Positions 46,948-56,716 of a stretch of 64,000 nt of DNA are shown here, piece by piece. Within the stretch, counting starts at the first letter, position 1, and each line of letters opens with the position of its first letter. The notes under the pieces were generated by a model that ran no database searches, was not told the DNA's origin, and saw only the letters and a program-made list of their open reading frames with translations. Location of the stretch: NCBI GenBank assembly GCA_020428645.1, contig JAGQMN010000002.1:36-64035 (forward strand). The letters are read 5' to 3'. The position numbers and the translations under genes were made by a program. The DNA comes from Patescibacteria group bacterium. GTDB lineage: Bacteria; Patescibacteriota; Minisyncoccia; Phycocordibacterales; UBA1006.

Positions 46948-47295
46948 GTGAATATGGACACTCAATTTAACAAAACTTTTGAACAACCAGTACCGAAAAA
47001 TCCCAAAATAGAAGGTATTGCAGATCGTTTCGATCATTACTTAAACCAATTAGAGGAGGAGGGGCAACACATGGAAGTGAGCAATGTGAACACGATACTC
47101 AACGCTAATCTAGAAATCAAAGAAAATAAACTACTCTTAGCATCATTACCAGAAAATTCTCCTAAAATCCCATGGATTCAAGAAGGTATAGATAAAGCAC
47201 GAAACATCATTGAAACAATGGAAAGTTCAATTTCGCAACAATCCCTTGATTACCTTACACTTCTTTCTGAAGAAAATAACAAAAAGCCTGAATAG
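46948..47295 (+). CDS. hypothetical protein
   Basis: 115-aa ORF followed by the AAAAAGCCTGAATAGGCTTTTT hairpin. Confidence 0.35.
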   Translation: MNMDTQFNKTFEQPVPKNPKIEGIADRFDHYLNQLEEEGQHMEVSNVNTILNANLEIKENKLLLASLPENSPKIPWIQEGIDKARNIIETMESSISQQSLDYLTLLSEENNKKPE

Positions 47296-47303
47296 GCTTT
47301 TTG

Positions 47304-47480
47304 TTATTCACTCAATTCATCATGAAAAATTGTTTCAATAATTTCCTCTTCAGAAGGTTGTATTGTTGACGTTGAATGTTCTTGTGATTGTTGCGCGACC
47401 TCTTCTGTCCACATATAGACAGCAACTCCAGCAATAATGAGAAAAAATATGAGGTACGATATTTTTCGTGCTGTGTTCAT
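47304..47480 (-). CDS. small single-pass membrane protein (58 aa)
   Basis: Own translation: MNTARKISYLIFFLIIAGVAVYMWTEEVAQQ.... Its ATG overlaps the transketolase stop (TAATG). Below the track's size cutoff. Confidence 0.35.
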   Translation of the reverse strand: MNTARKISYLIFFLIIAGVAVYMWTEEVAQQSQEHSTSTIQPSEEEIIETIFHDELSE

Positions 47481-48466
47481 TACGCGAGCTCTTCTTTAAT
47501 GCGGTTCACAATTCCCTCTTTCGTAAATCCAAAGTGTTTGAGAAGTTCATCAGGATCACCTGATTCACCATAACGATCCTGCATGCCAATAAACACCATA
47601 CGTTTTGGTTCATGTTTCGCCAATACCTCGGCAACTGCTGATCCCATACCTCCTGCTACCTGATGTTCTTCGGCGGTAACAATGATATCAACTGTGCGTG
47701 CAAAATCAGCAACAGCACTTTCATTCATTGGTTTAATGGTTGAAAGGTTCATAACTGATACCCCAACACCATCATGTTTCAATGCTTCTGCTGCAAGAAT
47801 AGATTGGTATACCAGGGATCCACAGGCGATAATACCAACCTTTGGATGTTGTCCTTGGTAGACCACCTGTGGTTTTCCAATTTCAAACGGTGTTGCTGTT
47901 GTGGTAAAGACTGGTGTCTTTGCACGAGCGAGCCTGATATACGAAGGTTTTCCATTTTCTGCAATAGCAAGGGTCGCCTTACGTGCTTCTTCACTGTCCG
48001 CCGGCACCACAACCGTCATATTTGGTAGTACACGCATGGTGGCGATATCTTCCAGTGCCTGGTGCGTCGCCCCGTCAGGACCAACAGAAACGCCTGCGTG
48101 AGCACCAACAATTTTTACTGGAACATCATTCAGGGTAATCGTTGAACGGATCTGTTCCCAATTTCGTCCTGGGGAGAAGGCTGCGTAGGACATGATAAAT
48201 GGAATTTTTCCATAGTTTGCAAGTCCTGATCCGACCGCAGCGAGATTTTGTTCAGCAACTCCTAATTCCACATACCTTTCTGGGAATTGTTCCTTGAACC
48301 AGTGAGCACGAGTAGACTCGGCAAGGTCAGCACACAACGCAACCACGTTTTCGTTCGCTTCTCCTGCTTCAACCAGCCCTTTCCCAAATCCATCACGAGT
48401 AGCTGCCTGGTCAAGCTTGTCGGTATCAAAGAGATTACTATTCAAATGTATATTCTGGTTAATCAT
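47480..48466 (-). CDS. transketolase, C-terminal (pyrimidine-binding) subunit
   Basis: 328 aa: RDGFGKGLVE, ERYVELGVAEQNL, FSPGRNWEQIR. Confidence 0.92.
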   Translation of the reverse strand: MINQNIHLNSNLFDTDKLDQAATRDGFGKGLVEAGEANENVVALCADLAESTRAHWFKEQFPERYVELGVAEQNLAAVGSGLANYGKIPFIMSYAAFSPGRNWEQIRSTITLNDVPVKIVGAHAGVSVGPDGATHQALEDIATMRVLPNMTVVVPADSEEARKATLAIAENGKPSYIRLARAKTPVFTTTATPFEIGKPQVVYQGQHPKVGIIACGSLVYQSILAAEALKHDGVGVSVMNLSTIKPMNESAVADFARTVDIIVTAEEHQVAGGMGSAVAEVLAKHEPKRMVFIGMQDRYGESGDPDELLKHFGFTKEGIVNRIKEELA

Positions 48467-48469
48467 AAC

Positions 48470-48856
48470 TTAGTTTGCAAGTGCTTGGTTTGACTCCTCA
48501 GCTCGTTCTTCGAGTGTATGCGTCAGTTTTTCGAGTAATGCTAAATTTGATTCGAGCATCTCAGCACTCTGTTGTTGCTGCAGTAACTCATGTAACTCTT
48601 TTTCAAAGATAGATACATCCGTACTCTCGTGCGCGTTTTCGATATTTGCACGTAGTTCTTGAATAAGAGCATCTTTCACAACCACATCATGTTCATACTG
48701 TTGTCCTTGCTCAACGAGTTTTTCCAATGAAGCTATTCGAGTTTGAATAGCTTCATTACTGACAACCTGAGAAACACTTTCATTAGTAGGTGTTTCATGA
48801 GAACGATCAATAACATTATGTAAGGCTTTTTCTAAAAAATTCATACTACTGTGCAT
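48470..48856 (-). CDS. coiled-coil hypothetical protein wedged between the two transketolase subunit genes
   Basis: 128-aa Gln/Glu/Leu-rich ORF. Overlaps the upstream subunit gene by 11 nt and ends 3 nt before the downstream one. Confidence 0.45.
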   Translation of the reverse strand: MHSSMNFLEKALHNVIDRSHETPTNESVSQVVSNEAIQTRIASLEKLVEQGQQYEHDVVVKDALIQELRANIENAHESTDVSIFEKELHELLQQQQSAEMLESNLALLEKLTHTLEERAEESNQALAN

Positions 48857-49700
48857 GTGACGCTTCGATTTTACCTCGTAAGGTTCGGAGCTCCTTCAGG
48901 AAACGCTGTTCTTCTTCGGCCCCAGGTGGTTTTCCGTGCCATTCAAACTCGTTCTCAATTTCCTTGATTCCCTTTCCTGGAATCGTGTGCGCAATGATAC
49001 ACGTTGGTTTTTCTTGGATTGCGTGTGCTTGGTGTACCGCATCAACAAAGGATTCTATGTTATGTCCATCAACTTCGATCACGTGCCAACCAAACGATTC
49101 CCACTTGCCACGTAAATCACCGAGCGACATCACATTTTCAGTGAACCCGTTAATTTGAATATTGTTTCGATCAACAACCGCAGTCAAATGAGATAGTTTG
49201 TGGTGACCAGCAAACATCGCTGATTCCCAGATGTTTCCGCAGTCGAGCTCCCCATCGCCGGTCAAACAGTAGACGCGATTCTTTTTACCATCCATGCGAA
49301 GGCCGAGCGCCATTCCAGCAGCCTGACCGAGCCCAGTTCCAAGTGGTCCTGAGGTATTTTCTACCCCTGGTAATTTATGTCGTTCAGGGTGCCCCTGTAA
49401 TCGGCTGCCAAATTTTCGCAAGGTTGTTAATTCTTCCAACGGGAAATATCCTGCATGTGCCATAGTTGCATAACGAACGGGAACAATGTGTCCGTTTGAT
49501 AAAATTAATCGGTCACGCTCGTCCCAATCTGGATTCTGTGGATCATGATTGAGGAGTTCAAAGTAAAAAGCCGTAAAGATGTCAGTCATGCCAAGTGGTC
49601 CTGCCGTGTGCCCGCTCCCCGCGTCTTCGAGCATATCAATAATCGACATGCGGATATCGTTTGCCTTGAGCTCTAATTCCTTAATTCGTTCGTCTGTCAT
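48846..49700 (-). CDS. transketolase, N-terminal (thiamine diphosphate-binding) subunit
   Basis: Starts at the internal ATG 49700 (MTDERIKELE...). SGHTAGPLG, LSNGH, GDGELDCGNIWE. Confidence 0.92.
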   Translation of the reverse strand: MTDERIKELELKANDIRMSIIDMLEDAGSGHTAGPLGMTDIFTAFYFELLNHDPQNPDWDERDRLILSNGHIVPVRYATMAHAGYFPLEELTTLRKFGSRLQGHPERHKLPGVENTSGPLGTGLGQAAGMALGLRMDGKKNRVYCLTGDGELDCGNIWESAMFAGHHKLSHLTAVVDRNNIQINGFTENVMSLGDLRGKWESFGWHVIEVDGHNIESFVDAVHQAHAIQEKPTCIIAHTIPGKGIKEIENEFEWHGKPPGAEEEQRFLKELRTLRGKIEASHAQ

Positions 49701-49776
49701 AGGAATAGTATAACAAAATGGGGCTGTATAAGCTAAATTTGTTGAAAAATTCAATTCTTTAGCTAGGATATAGAAT

Positions 49777-50853
49777 ATGAAAAACGTTACTAAAAAACGT
49801 ACCTATGGACTGACCAAAGAACAAGCTATGGCGAAACTTGATGCTGAGAATTTCAACCGTACAACAGTATCTCTCTACAAATACGTAAAAATTAGCGATC
49901 CACAGGGTATGCGGGAACGACTCTTTGAAATATGGGAACGGCTTGGATGTCTTGGTCGCATTTACATTGCACATGAGGGTATCAACGCACAAATGTCAGT
50001 GCCTGAACACAACTGGGATCAATTCGTCAATGAACTGTACGCCATTCCTGAATTCACGAACGTACCCTTGAAAATTGGTATCCACCACGATACTTCGTTC
50101 TATAAATTACAAGTAAAGGTGAAAAAACAGATTGTTGCTGACGGGCTCACGATGGATGACTACGATATTGAAAACGTAGGAAACCATTTGACCGCACGAG
50201 AATTCAACGAGGCAATGACAGACACAAATACCATTGTTGTCGATATGCGAAACCACTACGAATCAGAAATTGGTCATTTTGATGGAGCAATCACTCCAGA
50301 GGTTGATACCTTTCGAGAAGAGTTGCCGAGCGTTGTACAACAGTTACGAGGTAACGAGGATAAAAAGGTACTCCTCTACTGTACGGGTGGTATCCGCTGC
50401 GAAAAAGCATCAGCCTATCTGAAACATCAAGGATTCAAAGATGTAAGCCAACTACACGGGGGAATCATTGACTATAAACATCAAATTGAACGTGAAGGAC
50501 TCGATAATAAGTTTCTCGGATCAAACTACGTATTTGACGAGCGCGGTCGCGAGCAAATTGGATGCCAGGTTATCTCAAACTGTCACCAATGCGGAAATAC
50601 CTGTGACCGACACGTGAACTGCCAAAACCTTGCGTGTAACCTACTCTTTCTCCAGTGTGATACCTGCGAGTCGAGGATGCAGATGACCTGTTCCAAGCAC
50701 TGTAAACGCGTGGTGAACATGTCTGTAGAGAAACGAAAACAGTACTACAAAAAACACGGTGGAAATACCAATCGATTTTCAAAATCACGCCGAGCGCGAG
50801 ACATACGTGGTCAACAATCACCGTGGTACACACTTAAAAAAATCTTCATGTAG
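49777..50853 (+). CDS. trhO: rhodanese-domain tRNA uridine(34) hydroxylase (UPF0176/YceA family)
   Basis: 358 aa: GRIYIAHEGINAQMSVP, rhodanese loop YCTGGIRCEKA, Cys-rich C-terminus. Confidence 0.8.
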   Translation: MKNVTKKRTYGLTKEQAMAKLDAENFNRTTVSLYKYVKISDPQGMRERLFEIWERLGCLGRIYIAHEGINAQMSVPEHNWDQFVNELYAIPEFTNVPLKIGIHHDTSFYKLQVKVKKQIVADGLTMDDYDIENVGNHLTAREFNEAMTDTNTIVVDMRNHYESEIGHFDGAITPEVDTFREELPSVVQQLRGNEDKKVLLYCTGGIRCEKASAYLKHQGFKDVSQLHGGIIDYKHQIEREGLDNKFLGSNYVFDERGREQIGCQVISNCHQCGNTCDRHVNCQNLACNLLFLQCDTCESRMQMTCSKHCKRVVNMSVEKRKQYYKKHGGNTNRFSKSRRARDIRGQQSPWYTLKKIFM

Positions 50854-50877
50854 AAGATTTTTTTAATAAAAAGAACC

Positions 50878-51264
50878 CTAAACTATAGCGTTAGGGTCTT
50901 TAAAGAATAGATACAGTGCATACATCCACCCTATAAGTGGTATGGATACAATAAGGCTATTCCAAAAATGTTTTGTTATCTTCATGAGAAGTGGAAATTT
51001 AATAACAAAAGCACAAGAACCAGTAATACCCATTAACTTTACACTATCCACACCAATACCTACATAGTTACAGATAATGAGATCAATAATAAATACGATG
51101 AGGTTAATACCTATGTACCATTTTTGTTCGATACTTTTTCTATTCCACCAATGTTTCTTCACTTGAAGATAGTGTGTTGGTTCTTTGGTCATCATGGTGA
51201 TATCAGCCACAATGATCAAAACGATGTTATGAACTTTTTTCATTGCGTACTGATTGATTTCCAC
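50878..51264 (-). CDS. hypothetical membrane protein
   Basis: 128 aa with three or four TM helices. Confidence 0.4.
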   Translation of the reverse strand: MEINQYAMKKVHNIVLIIVADITMMTKEPTHYLQVKKHWWNRKSIEQKWYIGINLIVFIIDLIICNYVGIGVDSVKLMGITGSCAFVIKFPLLMKITKHFWNSLIVSIPLIGWMYALYLFFKDPNAIV

Positions 51265-51325
51265 CTTAGCCTACCAATCTACTCAAATTACGCAAGAAAA
51301 AACCTCACAAGATGACAACGAGATA

Positions 51326-52036
51326 CTAAGCAATCTCTGCTACAAGATCATGAATGTTTTCTTCAATAATACCACCACCATACACTCCAGAACCTGAAAC
51401 GAATCGATCAACCCCAGCATCGTATAACTTGCTAATCGTATCGAGTGAAACACCTCCATCTACACTTATAAGTATGTGGGGAAATTGATTCTTGAGTGTC
51501 GCAATGATACCTAAACAGCGCTCTTCAAATGGTTCACCCTGATACCCAATGTGGGCAATACCCATTATTTGAATAAAGTCGAATATACCTTCCTCAATCA
51601 AGGTACACACATCATCAAGATTATCATGTACCGTTACCGCACAACCAATGTTGGTAAAATTCCGGGTAACCGCATCAATAGCACGAATACCATCCCAATC
51701 TTTGACGGATGCATAATGGAACACTATGCGTGCCGCTCCGAGGTGAAGCCAGGTATCGAGGTCTTGTTCAGGACGTTCAATCATGAGATCAATTTCATAG
51801 TCAAGATCATCCCAAAAGGGCAAACTCTCGTCTTCGCTTAACAGGTGAGTCAGTTCTGCTTCACCTCCGCGTACAAATGGCCACGTTGTTTCAGGTACGT
51901 ACTTTCCATCCATGAGATCGAGTTGAACGGTTGTTGCATGGTGTACAACAGGTCCAGCCATAGCTGCAATCTCATCAAGACTTTCAGGCATGATCGCTGG
52001 AATAATATATGGGTTCATGCTATGAGTATACCCCAA
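51326..52036 (-). CDS. rpe: ribulose-phosphate 3-epimerase family protein
   Basis: TIM-barrel pattern: IIPAIM, VQLDLMDG, IDLMI, VDGGV, FVSGS. The start may be the ATG at 52018. Confidence 0.8.
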   Translation of the reverse strand: MGYTHSMNPYIIPAIMPESLDEIAAMAGPVVHHATTVQLDLMDGKYVPETTWPFVRGGEAELTHLLSEDESLPFWDDLDYEIDLMIERPEQDLDTWLHLGAARIVFHYASVKDWDGIRAIDAVTRNFTNIGCAVTVHDNLDDVCTLIEEGIFDFIQIMGIAHIGYQGEPFEERCLGIIATLKNQFPHILISVDGGVSLDTISKLYDAGVDRFVSGSGVYGGGIIEENIHDLVAEIA

Positions 52037-52068
52037 AAATACCTCTTCCTCTATGGTATACTAGCTCT

Positions 52069-52524
52069 ATGGAACACCAACAGGCAGTGCAATTTACTAC
52101 CACCGATCAACACGGCAATACGATTACCCTCGAACAGTATAGAGGTAAAAAAGTAGTACTGTACTTCTATCCAAAAGACATGACGCCTGGGTGTACTACC
52201 GAGGCGCTCGGTTTTCAGGATCTCTATAACACATTCAAGAAACACAATACCGAAATACTGGCAGTATCAAAAGACAATCAAGCGTCACATCAAAAATTTT
52301 GTGACAAACACGGACTTGAATTCCCTCTTCTCGTTGACGAAGATGGAACACTGGTACAAGCGTACGGTGTGTGGAAAGAAAAATCTATGTATGGTAAAAC
52401 ATACATGGGTATTTCACGTGAATCATTTCTGATTGATGAGCATGGTGTCATGGTAAAACACTGGGATAACGTAAAACCTGCTACCCATCCACAAGAAGTC
52501 CTCGACTATATTACGAATATGTAA
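52069..52524 (+). CDS. bcp: thioredoxin-dependent peroxiredoxin (Bcp type)
   Basis: From the internal ATG 52069: LYFYPKDMTPGCTTEA with downstream conservation. The 20 upstream codons in the track overlap rpe. Confidence 0.88.
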   Translation: MEHQQAVQFTTTDQHGNTITLEQYRGKKVVLYFYPKDMTPGCTTEALGFQDLYNTFKKHNTEILAVSKDNQASHQKFCDKHGLEFPLLVDEDGTLVQAYGVWKEKSMYGKTYMGISRESFLIDEHGVMVKHWDNVKPATHPQEVLDYITNM

Positions 52525-52551
52525 AAAACCACCGTCACTGAGGTGGATTTT

Positions 52552-53019
52552 TTATTCATCTTCATCAAAACCAGCAAGTTCAATTTTTTCAATACGACGG
52601 AGATGACGTTCCTCATCAGAAAACGGAATTTCAAGCCAAAATAGTACAGATTCAAGAACTTCTTCGTTCGACAAAAACCGTGAACCAATAGACAACATAT
52701 TCGCATTATTGTCTTCACGTGAGAGTTTAATGATTTCAGGATCAAAGTGATAGTATGCTGTTGCTCGTACATTTGGATACCGGTTAGCTGCCATGGCTTC
52801 ACCTTGTCCTGATCCACCAAATATTACTGCCCGATCCTCAGGATTTTGCGAAATTTCGCTAGCCGCAAGACCAATAAAATCCGGATAATCATCACCTTCT
52901 TCGTACTCAAAAGCACCATAATCGATAATAGTGTAACCGAGTTCTTCAAGTGCTGACTTGATAAATTCTTTCATTTCAAAACCAGCATGGTCAGTTGCCA
53001 GGTGAATCGTAAAATCCAT
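52552..53019 (-). CDS. rpiB: ribose-5-phosphate isomerase B
   Basis: 155 aa: ATDHAGFEMK, GGSGQGEAMAANR. Confidence 0.9.
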   Translation of the reverse strand: MDFTIHLATDHAGFEMKEFIKSALEELGYTIIDYGAFEYEEGDDYPDFIGLAASEISQNPEDRAVIFGGSGQGEAMAANRYPNVRATAYYHFDPEIIKLSREDNNANMLSIGSRFLSNEEVLESVLFWLEIPFSDEERHLRRIEKIELAGFDEDE

Positions 53020-53085
53020 ACACCTGCATTATACCAGCAAGTGTAAAGAAAAAAATAGCCTGACACCGACAAAAAGTACAGTAAT

Positions 53086-53619
53086 CTAGGCTATTTGTTC
53101 GTAACTAATCCTCATTTTTTTGGCAATGAATTCTCGCTCTTTTCTCACAGCATTCAGATAAAAAAGTGTGCTCTTGGTTAACCATCCTGTTTTTCTCATT
53201 TTCTGTAATTCTTCCCAAGAAAACCAAGCCACATTCATATGTTCACGAGAAATCGTAATACTATTGAGCGAAAATGAACTATGAAGAATGACTTGAAAAA
53301 AGTGATGGCTATAATTAGTATACTTATTAGCATCAGTTCTCACTGATTCCAATTTCTTACACTTGCGTACAAACATAAGAATCTTCTTACCAAGTTCCTC
53401 TGCTAATTCTCTTTTCAAAGCGCTTTTATCGCTTCGATCACCTTTATCTCTTTTACCACCAGGTAATTCCCAACGACCAACTTCATTACCGCGTTTCAGT
53501 TTCTGAATCAACAGAATCTCCTCCCTATCGTTGATACATACACCCTTAATGGTTCTTCGATACTCGAGAAAATATCTTCCAAACATACGAGCAATTAGCT
53601 TTTTAATTTTCGTTCCCAT
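53086..53619 (-). CDS. NUDIX hydrolase
   Basis: Nudix box GGKRDKGDRSDKSALKRELAEELG. Confidence 0.8.
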   Translation of the reverse strand: MGTKIKKLIARMFGRYFLEYRRTIKGVCINDREEILLIQKLKRGNEVGRWELPGGKRDKGDRSDKSALKRELAEELGKKILMFVRKCKKLESVRTDANKYTNYSHHFFQVILHSSFSLNSITISREHMNVAWFSWEELQKMRKTGWLTKSTLFYLNAVRKEREFIAKKMRISYEQIA

Positions 53620-53678
53620 AATAACGGTTTTCTTTTATTAAATCATATTTAGATAAAAAGACAATACTTAAGTACTGT

Positions 53679-54086
53679 TCACAATAGCGACAACGTGGCA
53701 TCTTGAATATGTTTAAAACGATCGCCCTCAAGTTTTATACCGCCGTACCAACGTGTTACACATACGATGGTGTTCATCATCTGTTGTTTTTGAAGGATCC
53801 TCAGAATCACCTGCCCTGCCCCGGTTTCACCATCATCATTTTTTGATTCATAAATGACACCATCATGGCTGATGCGTACGGCAAAACTATGGTGGGTTGC
53901 CTTGTCGTGGTTTTTTAAACGTTTTGTACGTTCTAGGAATTTTTTTATATCATCCCTATTCGTGACACGTCCCATACTCACGGAGTATACCGAACGACGA
54001 TCAGTAATAATTTTTTCATGATGAACAAAAGGTACATGTGGTTCACGATATCCACCCATATCCATTTGTTGCGTTGTGGCACTCAT
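53679..54086 (-). CDS. IMPACT/YigZ N-terminal domain (UPF0029) protein
   Basis: 135 aa: ATHHSFAVRI, DDGETGAGQVIL, VTRWYGGIKLG-like. Confidence 0.75.
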   Translation of the reverse strand: MSATTQQMDMGGYREPHVPFVHHEKIITDRRSVYSVSMGRVTNRDDIKKFLERTKRLKNHDKATHHSFAVRISHDGVIYESKNDDGETGAGQVILRILQKQQMMNTIVCVTRWYGGIKLEGDRFKHIQDATLSLL

Positions 54087-54088
54087 AA

Positions 54089-54943
54089 TTATGTTAGGAA
54101 TTTATGTTGCACCTCATTAGTTGGTACCATACAGGTGTTTTGTTTTCCAAACCAACGATATCGATTGCGTGCAATAATATCGTATATCCCATCACGAATA
54201 AACACAGGAAGTATCCAAAAAATATTAACCAGTGACCACAGACCACCCATACTACGTGCAAGAGAAAAAATGGCACTGCTTTTTACTGTGTAAGTTGTGT
54301 AGGTATCAATAACAATCACTGAACGGATACCTAAGATGTTGATGTTGTATTCGGCTTGTATTGCTCTACCAACCTCAGATTGGAGTGGTGCAAAGCGAAA
54401 CGTATCATGTGGATCATTGCGAATCAGGAACCGCACCCACCAATTACAGAGATTACACACACCGTCGAAGAGAACAATTTTTTTATGGTTAGCGAGGTAT
54501 GTGTTTAATGAATGCTCTAAAAATAATTCATCACGAATTTCCATAAGAATGTGCCCCATATTATTTTTTCCTTGACCAGTTATTATATTAACACCCCAAA
54601 ATGTATCACCCCAAGTATTCCCTTCTTGCAAATATTGATTACCTGTATTTATTAGTTGTGTACGCAAAAAATTATTTTGATATTTAATCCTAGTAAGTTC
54701 TTTCATAATATGAATTTTTACATCATTCCAATCTGACCGAAGCGTTAATGTTTGACCATAAGCCTTAGCTTCAGATGGATCATTGTTTTGAGTAAACCAA
54801 TCTCTTTCACTAAGACTAGATGTTTTCTGAGCTTGATACGCATGTTCAACGGTAGGATAGACTCTATCTTCGTACAAAATAGTCACCGGCCAAAAATTTG
54901 ATAACCAACGATATTTCCCCTGAAATTCTCTAATCATAGCCAA
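54089..54943 (-). CDS. fusion protein: NADAR (YbiA-like) domain plus DCC1-like thiol-disulfide oxidoreductase (DUF393)
   Basis: N-terminal YRWLSNFWP...YPTVEHAYQAQK...GDTFWG (NADAR). C-terminal VLFDGVCNLCNWWVRFLIRNDP...FRFAPLQS (DCC family). Confidence 0.7.
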   Translation of the reverse strand: MAMIREFQGKYRWLSNFWPVTILYEDRVYPTVEHAYQAQKTSSLSERDWFTQNNDPSEAKAYGQTLTLRSDWNDVKIHIMKELTRIKYQNNFLRTQLINTGNQYLQEGNTWGDTFWGVNIITGQGKNNMGHILMEIRDELFLEHSLNTYLANHKKIVLFDGVCNLCNWWVRFLIRNDPHDTFRFAPLQSEVGRAIQAEYNINILGIRSVIVIDTYTTYTVKSSAIFSLARSMGGLWSLVNIFWILPVFIRDGIYDIIARNRYRWFGKQNTCMVPTNEVQHKFLT

Positions 54944-54997
54944 AGTATAACAAAGTCACAAGATAAAAAGCAGTCTACTATTCTGTAGAATACTTTT

Positions 54998-55984
54998 TTA
55001 TGATTGAATTTCTGAAGAGAGTCTACGATAGGTATCAACCATTGATTGATCTAGCCTGCCTGCATCAATAGCCTCCTTTACAGCACACTGCGGTTCAGTG
55101 TCATGCTGGCAATCGTTGAATTTACACCCTCTAGCGATATCTTCAATGTCAGCAAATTGTTCTCGTAATACATCCTGATCATCAACGGTTAAACCAAACT
55201 CGCGGGTACCTGGAGTATCAATAACAATAACGCCGTTATCGAGGAGAAAGAGTTTTCGTGCAGTGGTCGTATGCTTCCCTTTACCACTATACGTAGAGAC
55301 CTCGCCTGTTTTCTGCTGTTCTTCAATATCGAGCATGGTATTAATAATTGACGATTTTCCAACTCCCGAAGAACCAATGAATACAACCGTCTCACCAAGG
55401 TTTAAGAGACCTTGCAAATCAGCAAGTCCATGTTCGGTAATAAACGAACTATAGACCACTGGAATATTAGGATTGATAGCTTCCATTTGTTTTTGAAATG
55501 AAGTTATTTCATCAACAAGGTCGAGTTTGTTCAAAACAATAGTCGGTTCAATACCCGCATCGGCAAGCTGAACAAGGTTTCGTTCGAGTCGGCGTACACT
55601 AAAATCTTGGGCGAGTGATTGTACAATAACCGCTCGATCAACGTTTGATGCAATAATTTGTACCTCATCATCGCTGTTCACCTTGCGACGTTCGAGGATG
55701 GTGTTTCTAGGTAGAATTTCTCGAATGATATTTGCATTATAACGTTCACCGAGCTCAACCAATACCCAATCACCTACAACTGGTTTGGTGTAGGGGTTGT
55801 TGTCTTTGAGACGGTTTCCGGTAATTTCACACACAATTTCATCATTCTCAATCGCGACATTGTAGTTGGTTCGATGAACGCCCGTTACTCGACCAGGAAT
55901 GACGGTCGAGGTTTCGGAGTGAAATTTTTGATAAGCATCCTGAAAAAAATCATTCCAACCATATTTTTGTAGGTGAGTGAGCAT
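54998..55984 (-). CDS. rsgA: ribosome small subunit-dependent GTPase A
   Basis: 328 aa: circularly permuted GTPase motifs NKLDLV and GSSGVGKSSIIN, plus the zinc knuckle CKFNDCQHDTEPQCAV. Confidence 0.92.
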   Translation of the reverse strand: MLTHLQKYGWNDFFQDAYQKFHSETSTVIPGRVTGVHRTNYNVAIENDEIVCEITGNRLKDNNPYTKPVVGDWVLVELGERYNANIIREILPRNTILERRKVNSDDEVQIIASNVDRAVIVQSLAQDFSVRRLERNLVQLADAGIEPTIVLNKLDLVDEITSFQKQMEAINPNIPVVYSSFITEHGLADLQGLLNLGETVVFIGSSGVGKSSIINTMLDIEEQQKTGEVSTYSGKGKHTTTARKLFLLDNGVIVIDTPGTREFGLTVDDQDVLREQFADIEDIARGCKFNDCQHDTEPQCAVKEAIDAGRLDQSMVDTYRRLSSEIQS

Positions 55985-56073
55985 AAGTTATTTAAAGTAT
56001 AACTTTAAGCATGTTTATTGACAAAACGTATAAAAATAATATAAAATACATTTAAATTCAAAAACCAAATAAA

Positions 56074-56550
56074 ATGAATAAAGAAATAAATGTACTTATT
56101 CCTTATGATCTTCTGGCAAGAGATCTTGCACAAAAAGTTTTATCATCTGGATTTCACAAGGAGGATTTATTTGACTCTACTATAGTAAAAATTGGTCCAA
56201 TTCTTAAATTAAATGATATCAGTAATGATCATTTAATTGATTCTTTAAATCATTATCTTGATCGGTATGATGATTTCAAAATGCTTACCAAATTTTCAGT
56301 AGGTGATAAATTCGATTATATCGTAATTGATGCATCCTCTGTTGAGAAGTATGGTATTAATAATTTCCCTACAGAAGACGAGGTCAAAAAAATCATGAAA
56401 GAAAACGCTGAAATAATTATCGATACATGTCGTGCATGTTCAAGATGTGATAATTATGTAAAAGCCAGGTATTCTAATCTTAATTTAAAACTCATACATC
56501 AAAAAGAAAAGATTACTAAGTATATTTTGTCTAAAGCGTTAGCAAATTAA
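56074..56550 (+). CDS. hypothetical protein, AT-rich
   Basis: 158-aa ORF with no recognisable family. Confidence 0.4.
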   Translation: MNKEINVLIPYDLLARDLAQKVLSSGFHKEDLFDSTIVKIGPILKLNDISNDHLIDSLNHYLDRYDDFKMLTKFSVGDKFDYIVIDASSVEKYGINNFPTEDEVKKIMKENAEIIIDTCRACSRCDNYVKARYSNLNLKLIHQKEKITKYILSKALAN

Positions 56551-56592
56551 AACAATAAAAGGGTACCTTTAAGGTGCTCTTTAAAATTTTAG

Positions 56593-56696
56593 AAACGAGA
56601 TAAAGTTCGAGGAAGTTCGGCGCGAGTGTGCCGGAGCCGCAGTTTACCTGCGGTGACAAACCGAGCGCCGAGACTGACAAAGAAATTCGCTCGTTT
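56593..56696. repeat. structured repeat unit 1 downstream of gap
   Basis: AAACGAG...CTCGTTT termini pair. Inner helices are TCGGCGC/GCGCCGA and CCGCAG-TTTAC-CTGCGG. The termini are homologous to unit 2. Confidence 0.5.
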
Positions 56697-56716
56697 ATAA
56701 ATTTTAACAAGCTATA

